Below, one piece after another: positions 24,300 to 37,898 of a stretch of DNA of 64,000 nt (position 1 is its first letter; the number at the start of each line of letters is the position of its first letter). A program made the translations under genes and the position numbers. Below the pieces are notes generated by a model. That model was not told the DNA's origin, searched no databases, and saw nothing but the letters and a program-made list of their open reading frames with translations. The stretch spans positions 11,470,001-11,534,000 of the forward strand of contig CM060732.1 of NCBI GenBank assembly GCA_030704615.1. Reading direction: 5' to 3'. Source of the stretch: Takakia lepidozioides. Lineage: Eukaryota; Plantae; Bryophyta.

Positions 24300-25140
24300 T
24301 AAGTATAAAAAACGAGGATATTTTTCTTCTCTTTCTTCTGCAAGTTGTTTGTAGACAATAGAACTGTCTCTTAGTTTTGCTCTTTTACCTTCGTTTCTGT
24401 GTTTCTTCTTTGTTTCTGTTGATTGTTTATGTTTCTCTGTCCTTCGGGTTTTTTGACAATGTGTTATAGTTCTTTTCAGTAGTTTCATTTGTCTTTGTTC
24501 TTCACTTTTGGTTCTCTGTTTATGTTTCTTTCTAATCTCTATTCTTTGTCTTTCTGTGTGAGTTTTTCGATAGCATAGAACTTTCTCTTCTTTTTTCTCT
24601 TTCATTCTGTTGTTTTTTTTTTCTTTGAAAACTCTATAAGTATGCAGAACGAGGATCATTTCCTTCACTTTCTTCTGCAAGCAAGCTTTTTTGATATAAC
24701 AGAATTGTCTCTCAGTTCTGCTCATTTACCATCATTTGTGTTTCTTCTTTGCTTCTATTGTTTGTTTATGTTTCTTTGTTCTTTCGATTCTGTGGCAAAA
24801 TAGAACTGTCTCTTTTCAGTAGCCTTAATTTTATTTTTCCTTTCACTTTCCATTCTTTGTTTATGTTTCTTTCTGATCTCTGTTTTTTGTATTTTTGTGT
24901 GAGTTGTTGAGGCGGAATAGAACTTTCTATTTGTTCTTTCTCTTTCGTTTTGTTTTCTTTCCTCTTTGTGTGTGTCCTTCTTTGCTTCTGTTGTTTGTTT
25001 ATGTTGCTTTGTTCTTTCGGTTCTGTAGCAAAATGAACCGTCTCCTAGTTCTAGTTCTGAGTAGCCTTCATTTGTTTTTTCCTTCGTTTTCTTCTTTCTT
25101 CTTCGTTTGTCTTTCTGCTTTGCTTCTGTTTGTCATGGTT
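24300..25140. repeat. Degenerate T/C-rich tandem repeat (~300-340-bp unit, 2-3 copies)
   Basis: AGAA(C/T)TGTCTCT...TTCTTTG(T/C)TTCT(G/A)TTG.TTGTTTATGTT recurs at ~24360, ~24700 and ~24980. Confidence 0.65.
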
Positions 25141-25899
25141 TTATTTGTGATTAGTTAGAAATAGTTATTTCTAGCTAATTATGACATTATACATTTATAT
25201 TTGTATTTTGTTGGCATTGGGACTTCATTTGGTTCCATGTACCAAGTGAGGTGGCGAACCTCACTTGGGACGTGGAGAGGTTATCTCCACATGAGACGTA
25301 GGTAGGCTCGTCTTCTTCTAAGTTATAGTCGAGCCTCCCGAGGCCTCTCTCGCCGCCATAGCTCTAGTACTTGAGATGGAGAGTGGGTGAGGTCTGTATG
25401 GTGGAGTCCTTTAACAAATGTGCCATTGGCTTGACTTATATAACATGATAGAGTGGTTTCTCCTCTTTTCACCATTTCCGTATCACTAGAAGAAGACCTG
25501 CTTACATCGATGAGTGCAAGGTGTTAGCATAGTTAGCACTTGTGTGGAGCAGAACTTGATAGATATCTCTTAAGTTACAAGGTGTTGTAGGGTTTGCAAG
25601 AAGAAAGCCTTGTGGTGTTTATTTATCATGTGGTGGGGACAGTGGCAGCGATAGGTATGGGGGGCTGAAGCACCCTTGAGTGCCCAAGGCACTCGAGGAG
25701 GCGGAGGCACTCACTAGGTGGAGCCCTGCACACCGGGTTGCGGTGGGGGTGGCTCCACAAGGGGTGGTGGTAGCTTAGCGGGACTTAGTGGGGGTGGTAT
25801 AGGACTCACCATGGGGCGGAGACCTTGAGGTGGGAATCGTGGGGAGTCTTGGGACTCATCACGGTCCAATGGGGCCGTGGTGGGTGGGCCAAGACTCTC

Positions 25900-28800
25900 C
25901 GCGGCTCATCACCGGGAGTCGAGGGTCTTCGTGGTGGTTAGCCATAAAAAGGCATGGTTGTTTGTGAAACCCCCGCGGACAGTCACAGAAGTATATATAG
26001 GGAGTAGTAACCCCGAGAACGGTGCAAGCCCGTTGGTGTCCAAAAACTAGTGAGTAAGCGAGCGAGCCGGAAAGCAACCAATGAGTGGGGAGCTATTCCG
26101 GACTGCCATCTACCAAAGGGAATTCCCACTGGGCCTAAATTGGTGGAGGGTCTTGTGGGAGAGCAAAGGGGGACCGTTATGTCTCGGCGAGCAGCTGAAG
26201 CTCCAAGTTGGTCCGGCGGCCAGGTTGGGAGTTAGGCGCGCGCATCAAAGCTAGTAACTATGAGTTGAAGGGGAGCTTACTGAAGCGGGGTGCGCGACAC
26301 TTGGTATTAGAGCCTAGAGTTCAGTACGCGATCGTCCTTGGGATTGGCCTCATCATGGGGTCGGACAAGCCAAAGCGAAAGCGGAACGGCCCAAAAGATG
26401 ATGATCCTGGTGAGCCCGATGGGGACGACGTGTCACCGAGGCGGCCGTTTGAGGAAGCGATGCAAATTCTGAAAACAAGGCCACTCAAGAGCAAGAGGAA
26501 TCTGAGGAGTCGGAGCCCGAGGAATCCCTGAGAGCTCCAACAAACCAACAGATGTCTCCCATGCCGGCAGCCTTTTGGGAAAGGTTGTTGGCGCAGTTTG
26601 GCGGGACGATGAAAGACGTGTTGAAGGCGGCTAATGCCACTTCCGCTAAGGCAAAGTTTAAGGTAAAGCCTAAAGAACCCGGCACCTTCGAGGGCGTCCG
26701 AAATCGGAAGGCACTCAACATCTGGCTGTTGGAGCTAGAGCAGTACTTCCGGGCGGCCAAGTTGAGTGACGAGGATCGGGTGGAAGTGGCTGCCACCTAT
26801 TTGAGGGGCTATGCTCAACAATGGTGGCAGAAACGCCTTCACGACCGAGGTCCAAGCCCGGAAACCTTGAACTGGAGTGGGTTCAAGGAATTGATGAAGA
26901 GACAGTTTGTGCCCCTCAACGCGTCTTGGCTCGCCCGAGACAAGATGAGGAATTTGAAGCAAACGAATGACATTCGGGGATATGTTCAGGCTTTCAATGT
27001 GCTATTGCTTGAAGTTGCGGACATGACAGAACCAGAAGTGGTCTTCAACTTTGTGGCGGGACTGGCCCTATGGGCAAGGCGGAAGTTGGAGGAGAAGCCA
27101 CCTAAGACTTTGAACGAGGCAATTGAGAGGGCTGAATGTTTCTCGGATGTCCCTAGGGGTGAAAAACAAAGTCGTACGGAGCTGAACCACAAGAAGACCC
27201 GGCGGGAAGGTGACTCCTTCCGACCGGAAAAAAAGTGGGATAGGCCACGCGGCGACAATGGCACGTGGAAATCGAAGGGAGGGCCTTCACACATCAAAGC
27301 GGCACCTGGTGCTCCAAAAGGAAAAGCAGGTGGAGCGCCTTATGGCGGACAGAAGGTGACATTCGATGGAGTGTGTTTCAATTGCGGGGAGCCCGGGCAC
27401 ATGGCCAAGAAGTGCACGAAGCCCCGACAATTGAACATGACTCGGGCAACCACAGAGCTGTCGGAAGATACCATCAGTCGCTTGGTGGAAGCGGTGGTCG
27501 CCAGGACTTGCAAGGTAGGCAAATATTCTTGTGAGTTGTATCAGGAAACTGGCGCCCTGCGTAAAGGCAGTCAGTTATTGTTCGTGGATGGGATAATATC
27601 CGGAACTAACGTGTCGTTGTTGGTGGACATAGGAGCGTCGCACTCATTCATGACACCGGCAATGGCACAAAAGCTGGGACTCCCGACAAGTGACGTGGGG
27701 GCCTCTATTGAGGTGCGTTTTGCCAAATGAGAACCGCAATTGGCGACGAGGTTGGCGTTCGATGTTCCTCTTCAACTGGGGAGTTGGGAGGGACATGAAA
27801 ACTTCACCATTTGTGAGATTGATGGAGTGGATCTCATATTGGGGATGACCTTTTTGAGCAAATCTGGAGCGGTCATAGATAGCCGCAAGAGAGTAGTCAC
27901 GCTGTCATGTGGGAATGGTGGCGAGGCCTTACGAGTGTCGGAAACGCCCAAACCCGTGGGAGGGCGAATAAACCTTCTGTCAGCAATGGAGTGGGTCGTG
28001 AAAGAGTCACACGAGCCCCAGTTTTTGCTTTACGTCAGACAAGTGAAGGGAGAAGGCAATGGGGAGCCGAGCCCTTATGAGGGATTTGTTGCTCCACACT
28101 ATTGTTATGGAGGTATAGGGGGCTGATACCCCATGGCATTCCTAGACCTCTGCACATACCGAATTGGGGCAGGTGGGTGGCCAGACAACGCTTTGGAGTC
28201 TAAAGTTGCTGAAAGTTATGGAGCCTTAGAAGGGATAAGAAGTATTGCACTGTTTAACAGGGTCCTTGATTCTAGAAGCACCAGAACAAACTAGTACTAG
28301 AACAATTTAGCCCATGTGTGGGCTTGCTTATTTTTTGCTTACTAGGCCTTTTCAGGCATGGATTTTTGGACCTTCTGGCCTTTGAGATGTCCATTGGGAC
28401 ATTGGTCTCAATTGGACAAGGGGATTTAGGAGAAATACCAGGACGTGATGCCGGAGGATTTACCAAGCGGCTTGCCACCGCGAAGGGGAGTTGACCACAA
28501 GATTGAGGTGATACCGAGATCGGAGCCGCCTGCCAAGGCGCCCTACCGGTTGAGCCACAAAGAGTTGGTCGAGCTGAAGACTCGGCTCAAGGATCTAATG
28601 TCAAAGGGGTACATCCGGCCGAATAAGTCACCTTACGGAGCCCCGGTGCTATTCGCAGACAAGAAGGATGGGACGCTGCGGATGTGTGTCGATTACAGGG
28701 CTCTGAATAAGGTAACAATAAAAAACCGGTACACTTTGCCAAGGATCGACGACCTTTTCGATCGATTGGCAGGAGCGAAGTATTTCAGCCGGATCGATTT

Positions 28801-31800
28801 GCATTCCGGCTATCATCAAATTCGAGTGGCGGAAGGAGATGAAGAGAAGACCACGTGCAGGACAAGGTATGGTTCATATGAGTTCTTGGTGATGCCTTTT
28901 GGGCTCACCAACGCTCCCGCGACCTTTAGTACGCTAATGAACAGCCTTTTCCAGGAGTGGTCGGATGACTTTGTGATCGTGTACATCGACGACATCTTGG
29001 TGTACTCGAAAACAAAGGAGGAGCACCTGGAGTACCTCAAAATGATGTTCCAAAAATTGCGGGAAGGGAAGTTGTATGCCAAAGCTTCAAAGTGCGAATT
29101 CGGGGTCACAAAAGTGGAGTTCCTAGGGCATGTGCTTACACAGGATGGGATCAAAATGGATGACAGAAAGGTGAGGGCGATCTTGGATTGGGAGCCTCCG
29201 ACTTCGGTCCCGGGAGTGCGATCCTTCCTAGGACTCGCCTCCTATTACCGGAAGTATGTGAGAAATTTCGCCAAGATCGCGGGGCCGCTGTCGGACCTTC
29301 TGTGTAAATCCAAAATCTGGGTATGGAACACCTTTTGGGCCAAGCTTTTGCTGAATTGAAGCAACGGATCGTGGAAGCTCCTGTCTTGAAAATCCCGGAG
29401 TTCGACCGTCCGTTCGAGATACATACAGATGCGTCGGACTTCGCGATTGGAGGTGTACTTATGCAAGATGGACGTCTAGTGGCTTACGAAAGTAAAAAAC
29501 TGAATGAAGTGGAGCGACGGTGGCCGACGCACGAGAAAGAGATGAAGGCGGTGGTGCATTGCCTTGAGCTTTAGCGCCACTATGTTGGTTCCAACCCAGT
29601 GAAGGTGTTCACGGACAATGTCACGGTGAAGTATTTTGCCACGCAGCCTAAGTTGTCCCCAAAACAATTTAGGTAGCAAGATACTTTGGCGGTGTTCGAC
29701 GTGGATATCCAGTACAAACCGGGTCGGGACAATGTGGTGGCCGATGCTTTAAGTAGAAAACAACAGCTCATGTTGGTGTACAGGGGCGAGACGGCGCTCC
29801 AAAGGAAGATCCGGAAAGCTTGCCGAAAGGATGAGATGGCAAAGTCCGTGATGCGCGACTTGGGGATGGGGATTAAATTGCAGTTCCACTTGCAAATTGG
29901 ACTGCTCCGGTATAAGCAAAAGTGTCTCTATGTGCCGAAGGGAGGGATCAGAGATAGTCTCTTGAGAGAATGCCATGATGACCCGCTTGCGGGCCACGGC
30001 GGAGCCAAGCGCACCGCGGCACTCTTGAAGAAAGAGTATTTCTGGCCCAAACTAAGGGAGGAGGCAGAGGAGTATGTCAAGACATGCACCACATGCCAAT
30101 AAAATCGGAGCGAGTACAAAAAGCAAGCGGGGCTGTTACAACCCTTGCCGATTCCAGAGGGGTCGTGGGAAAGCATCTCGATGGATTTCGTGACTGCTAT
30201 GCCGCTGTCAAAAAGATTTGGTGCGATCATGGTGGTGGTGGATAGGTTCAGTAAAATGGGTCATTTCATCCCCACCAAGGAAACGGCAACGGCCCAACTT
30301 GTCAGCAAGGGAGTGGGCCGTGGAGGAGCCACACGAGCCCCAATTTTTGTTGTACGTAAGACAAGTGAAGGGAGAAGGCGATAGGGAGCCGAGCCCAGAT
30401 TGGATCAAGGGGATCTTGGAGAAATACCAAGATGTGATGCCGGAGGATTTACCAAGCGGCTTATCACCGCGAAGAGGAGTTGACCACAAAATTGAGGTGA
30501 TACCGGGATCGGAGCCGCTGCCAAGGCACCCTACCGGTTGAGCCACAGAGAGTTGGTCGAGCTGAAGACTCAACTCAAGGATCTAATGTCAAAGGGGTAC
30601 ATCCGGCCGAATAAGTCACCTTACAGAGCCCCGGTGCTATTCGCAGACAAGAAAGATGGGACGTTGTGGATGTGTGTCGATTACGGGGCTCTGAATAAGG
30701 TGACTATAAAAAACCGGTACCCTTTGCCAAGGATTGACGACCTTTTCGATTGGTTGGCTGGAGCGAAGTATTTCAGCCAGATCGATTTGCGCTCCGGCTA
30801 CCATCAAATTCGAGTGGCGAAAGGAGATGAGGAGAAGACCGCGTGCAGGACAAAGTATTGTTCATATGAATTCTTGGTGATGCCTTTTGGGCTCACCAAT
30901 GCTCACGCAACCTTTAGCACGCTAATGAACAACCTTTTCCAAGAGTGGTTGGATGACTTTGTGATCGTGTACATCGACGACATCTTGGTGTATTTGAAAA
31001 CAAATGAAGAGCACTTGGAGCACTTCAAAAGAGGAAGCTGTATGCCAAAGCTTCAAAGTGCGAATTCAGGCTCACAAAAGTGGAGTTCATGGGGTACGTG
31101 ATTACACAGGGATGGGATCAAAATGGATGACAGAAAGTTGAGGTGGATCTTGGACTGGGAGCCTCCGACTTCGGTCCCAGGAGTGCGATCCTTCCTAGGA
31201 CTCGCCTCATATTATCAAAAATATGTGAGAAATTTTGCCAAGATCGCGGGGCCGCTGTCAAACCTTCTGTATAAATCCATGGTATGGGTATGGAAAACCT
31301 TTTGTGGCCAAGCTTTTACCAAGTTGAAGCAGCGGATGGCGGAAGCTCCAGTCTTGAAAATCCCGGAGTTCGACCGTCCGTTTGAGATTTATACAGATGC
31401 GTCGGACTTCGCGATTGGGGGTGTACTCATGCAAGATGGACGTCCAGTGGCTTACGAAAGTAAGAAACTGAATGAAGTGGAGCAACGATGGCCAATGCAT
31501 GAGAAAGAGATGAAGGCGGTGGTGCATTGCCTTGAGCTTTGGCGCCACTATGTTGGTTCCAACCCGGTGAAGGTATTCACGAACAATGTCAAAGTGAAGT
31601 ATTTTGCCACGCAGCCTAAGTTGTCCCCAAAACAACTTAGGTGGCAAGACACTTTAGCGGTGTTTGACGTAGATATCCAGTACAAACTGGGACGGGACAA
31701 TGTGGTGGCCGATGTCTTAAGTAGAAAGCAACAGCTCATGCTGTTATACAGGGGCGAGAAGGAGCTCCAAAGGAAGATCCGGAAGGCTTACCGGAAGGAT

Positions 31801-33500
31801 GAGATGATGAAGTCTGTGATGCGGGACTTGAGGATGGGGGTGAAATCGCAGTTCCACTTGCAAAATGGACTGCTCCGGTACAAGCAAAAGCGTCTCTATG
31901 TGCCGAAGGCAGGGATCAAAGATAGTCTCTTGAGAGAATGCCATGATGGCCCGCTTGCGGGCCATGGTGGAGCCAAGTGCACCGCGGCACTCTTGAAGAA
32001 AGAGTATTTCTGGCCCAAACTGAGGGAAGAAGCCGAGGAGTATGTCAAGACATGCACCATATGCCAACAAAACCAGAGCGAGTACAAAAAACAAGCGGGG
32101 CTGTTACAACCCTTGCCGATTCCAGAGGGATCTTGGGAAAGTGTCTCAATGGATTTCATGACTGCTATGCCGTTGTCAAAAGGATTCAGTAAAATGAGCC
32201 ATTTCATTCCACCAAGGAGACGGCAACGGCACAGGAGACGAGACGACTTTACTTAGCCCACATCTTCAAGCATCATGGACTCCCGAAGGATATTCTCTCG
32301 GACCGCGATCCAAAGTTCACAAGTAAATTTTGGAGGGCACTCTGGAAAAAAATGGGGATGAGGCTCAAGATGAGCACCACTTTCTGACGTACGACGGACG
32401 GCCAAACGAAAAGGGTGAATTTCGTGGTGAAGCAGATCTTGCGGAATTACGTGTCGGCAGACCAATCGGACTAGGTGGAGCACTTGGACGCGGTAGAGTT
32501 CTGTTATAATAACATAAAACACTCCGCAACGGGAGTTTCCTCTTTCGTATTGGTCTATGGAAAAGCACCTCTGGTGCCGACAAGTTGGGCCGCCCAAGAC
32601 ATTGAAGAACCGGCAGCAGCAGCGGTGTTGGAAGAACGCGAGCGTTTGTTGAAGCTCGCAAAGTACAACATTGCCAAAACTAGGAAATGGTATGAATGGC
32701 AGGCAAATCGGAAGCAGAGGGAAGTTAAGTTTGAGGCAGGCACGGAGGTCTGGTTGAACATCAAGAATTTCCGACTACCTCCGGAAGTGAGTCCGAAGTT
32801 CGTACCTCCGTATGCGGGACCCTTTCGCATCCGAAAGGTTATGAATGAGGATATGTATGAATTGGAGGTGCCGGCAAACAACAAGGTGTATCCGGTATTC
32901 CACGTCTCCCTTTTGAAGCCTTACTTCAAAGATGAAGCGCGTCCGAATCGGCATCAAGTGTTGCGTCCGCCACCTGTGCTGTTGGATCATGAAAATGAAC
33001 TTGAGTATGAGGTGGAGGTAGTGCTTAAGTCGATGAAGTTCAAGAATCGAGAAACGGAGTATCTCGTGAAATTGAAGGGCTATCATCATGTGGAGGCATC
33101 TTGGGTGCGTCCCTCAGAAATGGGAAACGCATCCGAGGCGGTTGCAGCTTTCGAAGGACGATCTCAAAAGCGGAAGAAGCGTTGATGGAGACATCAACCT
33201 TGGATCGTGGGGGAGGAAATGCATGCTTAGCCCGGCTTAGCTAGCTCAGGAATCCGTTTGCAAAAACTTGTATTGTACAAATTTTGTTGTAAATGAAATG
33301 GTTTCCAAATATTGTGTTTCATATCTTATTGGAATGGTGATGCATAGTATAGTTGGCTAGTGTGTAGAATGCATGCTAGCTTACAAAGTGAGAGAGGTAA
33401 ATTGGATTAGTCGTGTGTTTGTGTAGTGCCGAAATCGGGTGACTCCCATCCAAGGGGCAAGGAAACTTGCACCTTCGTTGGGAGTTCACGTGCTCGTGCG
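25900..33500 (+). mobile_element. Ty3/gypsy chromovirus LTR retrotransposon (element 2), with pol present twice in tandem
   Basis: PBS TGGTATTAGAGC at 26302. Gag 26552-27730 with CX2CX4HX4C (CFNCGEPGHMAKKC) and protease (LVDIGASHSF). RT YIDD at 28445-29359, then RNase H and integrase. Pol restarts at ~30297. Chromodomain EYEVEVVL...EYLVKLKGY...SW at ~33000-33185. PPT at ~33208. Confidence 0.95.
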
Positions 33501-34039
33501 CACCTGGTGCGTGTGCGTACTATAACTGCGCTACCGAGGGGGTTGTCTTGTAGTGCGGGCTAACGCGGAAGCTACGTGCTTCTGTTCACGTACTATAATC
33601 GTGTAGCCTCGGGATGAAGTCGTAGTGCGGCTTCGGCGTGTTCCCGTACCTCAGGCCAGCATTCCAAGGCGGACCCAATTGTAGTGATTGGGGCGCACAG
33701 TTGGTTCAAGGTTATCTTTCTAGTCAAAAAACGGTTCAAGACGAACCCTTGCTCAAGGTGATGCCAAAAACGACATCACGAGCGGTTACAAGCAAATGTT
33801 GTTGCAGTAAGGCGATTTGATCCTCGGGGAGGATCGTTCCTTGGCCCTAAAGTGGGCCAAGAAGAGTGCACTGCAAGGGCCTGCACCGTTTGTTTGCACC
33901 ACCTCGCGAAAGTTTAGGATCCGTCTAGCTTTAGTGAGCAAATTGTCAGTGAGATTGAACTTGAGAGACATGTAGATGTTGTTGCACCATCTGAGGGTAT
34001 CAATGTTGCAAAGGTGTTTTACAAGTCCAACTAAATAGT

Positions 34040-35870
34040 TTTCATGCCCAATCACGTTTCTGGAAACCTTATGCGCGCTCTTCCCTTTGCTGGACATTCT
34101 TCACAGTCAATGATGGCGGAGTTATTGACGTTGACAAACCGCAAGTGATGAGGTGTATAATCTGTCATGGTGCATATGTGAGTTCAGATCTTTTAGCTCT
34201 TCGCACTCGTAGCAGAAAAGGCTTGATTACTTACTTTAAGTCAAATGGTATTAGTGCCATGAGAAAACATGTTGAGACTGAGCACTCACACTTAGGTAGT
34301 AGATACGATGAAGATGTGAGCAGCAGGGCAAATGATCTTTTCAAACGGCAACCTGCAAAGAAACGCCCAAAAGTCACACTTGGTACAATCTCCAAGTTCT
34401 TTTCTTCAATAGACCTTTTCAAAAATGATGCACCCACACACAAGTCTTTCCTTCAGAATCTTCTTCTGTTTGTGATTAAACAATACTTGCCGTTGTAGAC
34501 AGTATAATCAGTGTGGCTGCAAAAGTTGGCATTGGGCTTGTGTCCAAGCGTTGTGTTTCCAAGATGATCAGTGTTGTTGACAAAACTAGAGAGAAGTATG
34601 TCATTCCAGTATTGCCGTCGTGTATCACAACAACAGTCACCTTCGACTTATGGATGTCCAAAGGTGTACATGATATTTTCACTGTTGTCGTTAATTTTCT
34701 ATCCTCCGAATGGGAACCTAGACATGTGACAATTGGTTTATTTGAAGTAAATCACACTGCTGGACAGGCCATGGCGATGCAGCTGCAAAATGTGCACATT
34801 AAGAAATTGCTTCGCACATGCCATGTCTAAGGTTTATCAGTATGCAAGCACCGATGAGAAAGTCTGTCGACGGTTCTCTTATGTGTCCATCAAAGCTGCT
34901 CAAAGTGACATACAAAAATGTATCACCTGGCCTAAGAAATCTGGAAAAGACCTACAAGCATGGGATGTTGCTTGTATTACTAAGGGACTCCGTCTAAGAA
35001 AGCTCAACACTCCTGCAAAAAATCGGGTAATCAGTTGATTCATAGAATTTCAAAAATTTCTAGATTGCATCATTTTTGTGTTGATGGGGCTAAATAATTC
35101 AAATGTGGCTTTGTGTTGCCTTATGTATGTAAATGTGATTGTGCATCTGAGTTGTATTAATTTCTAATCGGTGTCAACATTCTTGTGGGATGCTTAGATT
35201 TGTAAGCCGTATTTTATTTAACCTCCGCGACAGCTGCAAGCTCGGGTAGGGGCGACGGTGGCTCAGGCACAGGAGCGTCCTTCCTCTTTGGTGCCATACG
35301 AATCCGTGAGACCGACAGAGATCACAGGAAATGAATGCAAACCCTCACGATGAATCAATGCAGATGACCCATCTTCCCCAAGCACAGGAAGGAATGATGT
35401 ACCTCGGCGAATTTTGCAAACTCTCCAAAACCAGCTGCAAAATGAAACCCCAACACACCATGCTCCCTTGCAACCATCCCCTACCACACAAAACACAGAG
35501 CCCAAATGCATAAAAGCATTTCACAAAACGACATGCAAGAAAAAATGACAACTTGCATTACAATAAAAATTCGGCAGGGCACAAGAATCTAAACGCCAAA
35601 CACTCAGCCCTAACATCTGCGTAAATGCAATCACACCCCGAGCTCTAATGTCTAGAACACACAGCAGGAAACGGAACAGCTCTTCGGTTTCGAGCAGCCA
35701 TCAATCACTGCTACAGCCATGCAGACAATTATAATCACAAATTGTGTCCTCAACCAAAGTAAAGGACACTGGTTATTATCATATGCTTTGAATTCAGCCA
35801 TAGCCTTGGTTGTTAAATATCAGAGCGACATTGATGCAAGAATTGTAGATGACAACTTGGGTATGTGGAA
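34040..35870 (+). mobile_element. hAT-family transposase pseudogene (copy 2) with a 460-bp insertion at 35220-35679
   Basis: FWKPYARSSLCWTFF..MRCIICH BED finger and FDLWMSKG. Colinear with copy 1, including the left end of the nested TIR element (35868-36125). Confidence 0.8.
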
Positions 35871-36125
35871 GGAAGCTACGCCACGAGCCTGCTCACGTGA
35901 GCCTATGAGCCCAGGCACTTAGTCGGAGCTTGGGCGTCACGCTTAGTGGTCGTGAGCGCAGAGTGGTGCGGTATTAGAAAGAGGGTATATACCCAAGGAT
36001 AAAGGCAAACCTATTCCCGCGAGAATACCAGCAGCGTCATTTGAAAAATTGGAATCATATTGAGGCATACATTATGTGTGATGACTTATGTGGGCGTTAA
36101 CGACCACATAATTCGTAACCTCACA

Positions 36126-37416
36126 AAGCTACGTGAGGAGCTGGAGGAGTTGCTTTTAGCGATCTCATCTCGCCATCCACGTCGTGTCACCATTGAGGTG
36201 AAATATGTTAAGCTAAATTTCGCCCACGATTGTCATGCATCGTGGTACAGATTTCCTTCGCAGAAAGATGAGAGCCGCGATCACGACATTTGATTGGCAG
36301 TTCTCCGTGCAATTACTTCCTCCGTCGTGGATATGGTATCCTTGGAGCTGCAACGGGCCGACACGAAGGCACATTACGAAGCGGAGTTGCAGGAGTTCTG
36401 CAGAGGCTTGTACTCCAACCAGACTTTACGACACCTAGTCATCGGGTACTATGTTGTCGACGCAGACGGACAATTGAGTATGGTACATCACGTCGCAGAG
36501 ATACTTCGCGTGAACAACTTTCTAAAACGTCTTGAGATTGATGGGATAGCCATCAACACAGATTCAGCCAAGCTCTTGGCTATCGCTTTGCGTGAAAATC
36601 GTGCCCTGCAAAATTTGCATTTGTCTCAGTCCTCCTTTCTGCCTGTGTCTACATCCCATGGGTCGGCAGAGGGAGTGCAAATGTTGGTGGCTCTTTTGGT
36701 TGCCATAGATCCCTTAGGCTCCAACTTTGTGTTGCAGACGTTACGGATGGGGTGTTGTCTCGGATACGATAGCGTCATTAATGACGAGGCAGCCAAGCAC
36801 GTGGCAGCGATGTTGTGTGGCAATTCTTCCTTGTTGGAGCTTGAGCTATCGTATTGGACGATGAAGTCGGAGGGCGGTGCTGCTATCGGCAGGGCTTTGG
36901 CCACCAACACCACCCTTACAACTCTAAGCGTGCAAGGCTGCACGATTGGGGCGGATGGTGTGGAGGCGATAGCACAACATCTCGCACACCACAATTCTTC
37001 TCTCACAGGCCTTAGTGTTGGCAACACTTGGAGGACAGAGATAGAGGGAAGCAAGGCAGTCAACGCATTGGCCAACATGTTTTGATCCAACTCCACGTTG
37101 ACCTATGTGGACCTGTCACATAGTCGGTTTAACGAAGAAGGTATTGTGGAACTCTTCAAATCACTAGCCACCAACACGTCTTTGACAGACCTTGATCTTA
37201 CGGGTTGCGAGGTTGTCGCCGGGGACAGGGTGTTGGCAGCAATCGGGGATTCACAGCGAGCCAATCTGTGTCTACAAAGACTCTGTACAGGGAATTCTTC
37301 CTTGTGCCATGTAGATTGGAGGTGTGTAGAGAGAAGGGAGCAGCAATCGGTGTTACGAGGAATGATGAGCTCCGTGAGTCCGGAGGCAGCGAGCGTGTTG
37401 ACTTACGGCGCCGCTG
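36126..37416 (+). pseudogene. RNI-like leucine-rich-repeat protein, TORNADO1/Roco-like N-terminal region
   Basis: One continuous frame (36060-37577) with stops at 36291 and 37083. ~28-aa LRRs (AL.xN.TLxxLxL). Ends in VLRGM..V.P.AASVLTYGAAG, which resembles the entry into a Roc P-loop, followed by a probable GT donor. Confidence 0.7.
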
Positions 37417-37610
37417 GTACTCAACCGTACTTCCACTTTCTCATATTACATTCTTCCTGTTTTGCTTTGCACCTCTTGAGGACGCCGAATGTAACAAGTA
37501 ACTCCGCAATACCGTGTAAGAATTCTGAATTCAGAACTAATCATTGGATGGTGTGGATCGTAAGTCGATCAATGTAATAATTTGATCATGTGGCTGAAGT
37601 GGATTATGCA

Positions 37611-37697
37611 GTGGAACCCCTCGGCCAGTGGGGATTGCAGCCTGTCGGACTCCCCATCAAAGTTCACCTCATCCTCCCAGTGGCAGAGGGGTTCCAC
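37611..37697. repeat. 87-bp hairpin (23-bp imperfect inverted arms)
   Basis: GTGGAACCCCTCGGCCAGTGGGG ... TCCCAGTGGCAGAGGGGTTCCAC. Confidence 0.7.
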
Positions 37698-37898
37698 ATC
37701 ACCTAACCTGCCGTTAAGAGACGCTGTAGAACCGGCAAACATTCTCAGTGTATACAATTTATCCCAATCTTAACATGAGATAAATGAATGAATACCAAAG
37801 TTCAAACTGAGGCTGTATCAATTTACTATGATTCATTTACTTTTACTCTCCCCTTGAAGAGATGGGCTCAAACCTTCCAAAATAAAAGTAGAATGTAC

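Noticed and set aside
24297-25158. K/E-rich and F/L-rich ORFs
   Set aside because: Artefacts of low-complexity T/C-rich repeats.
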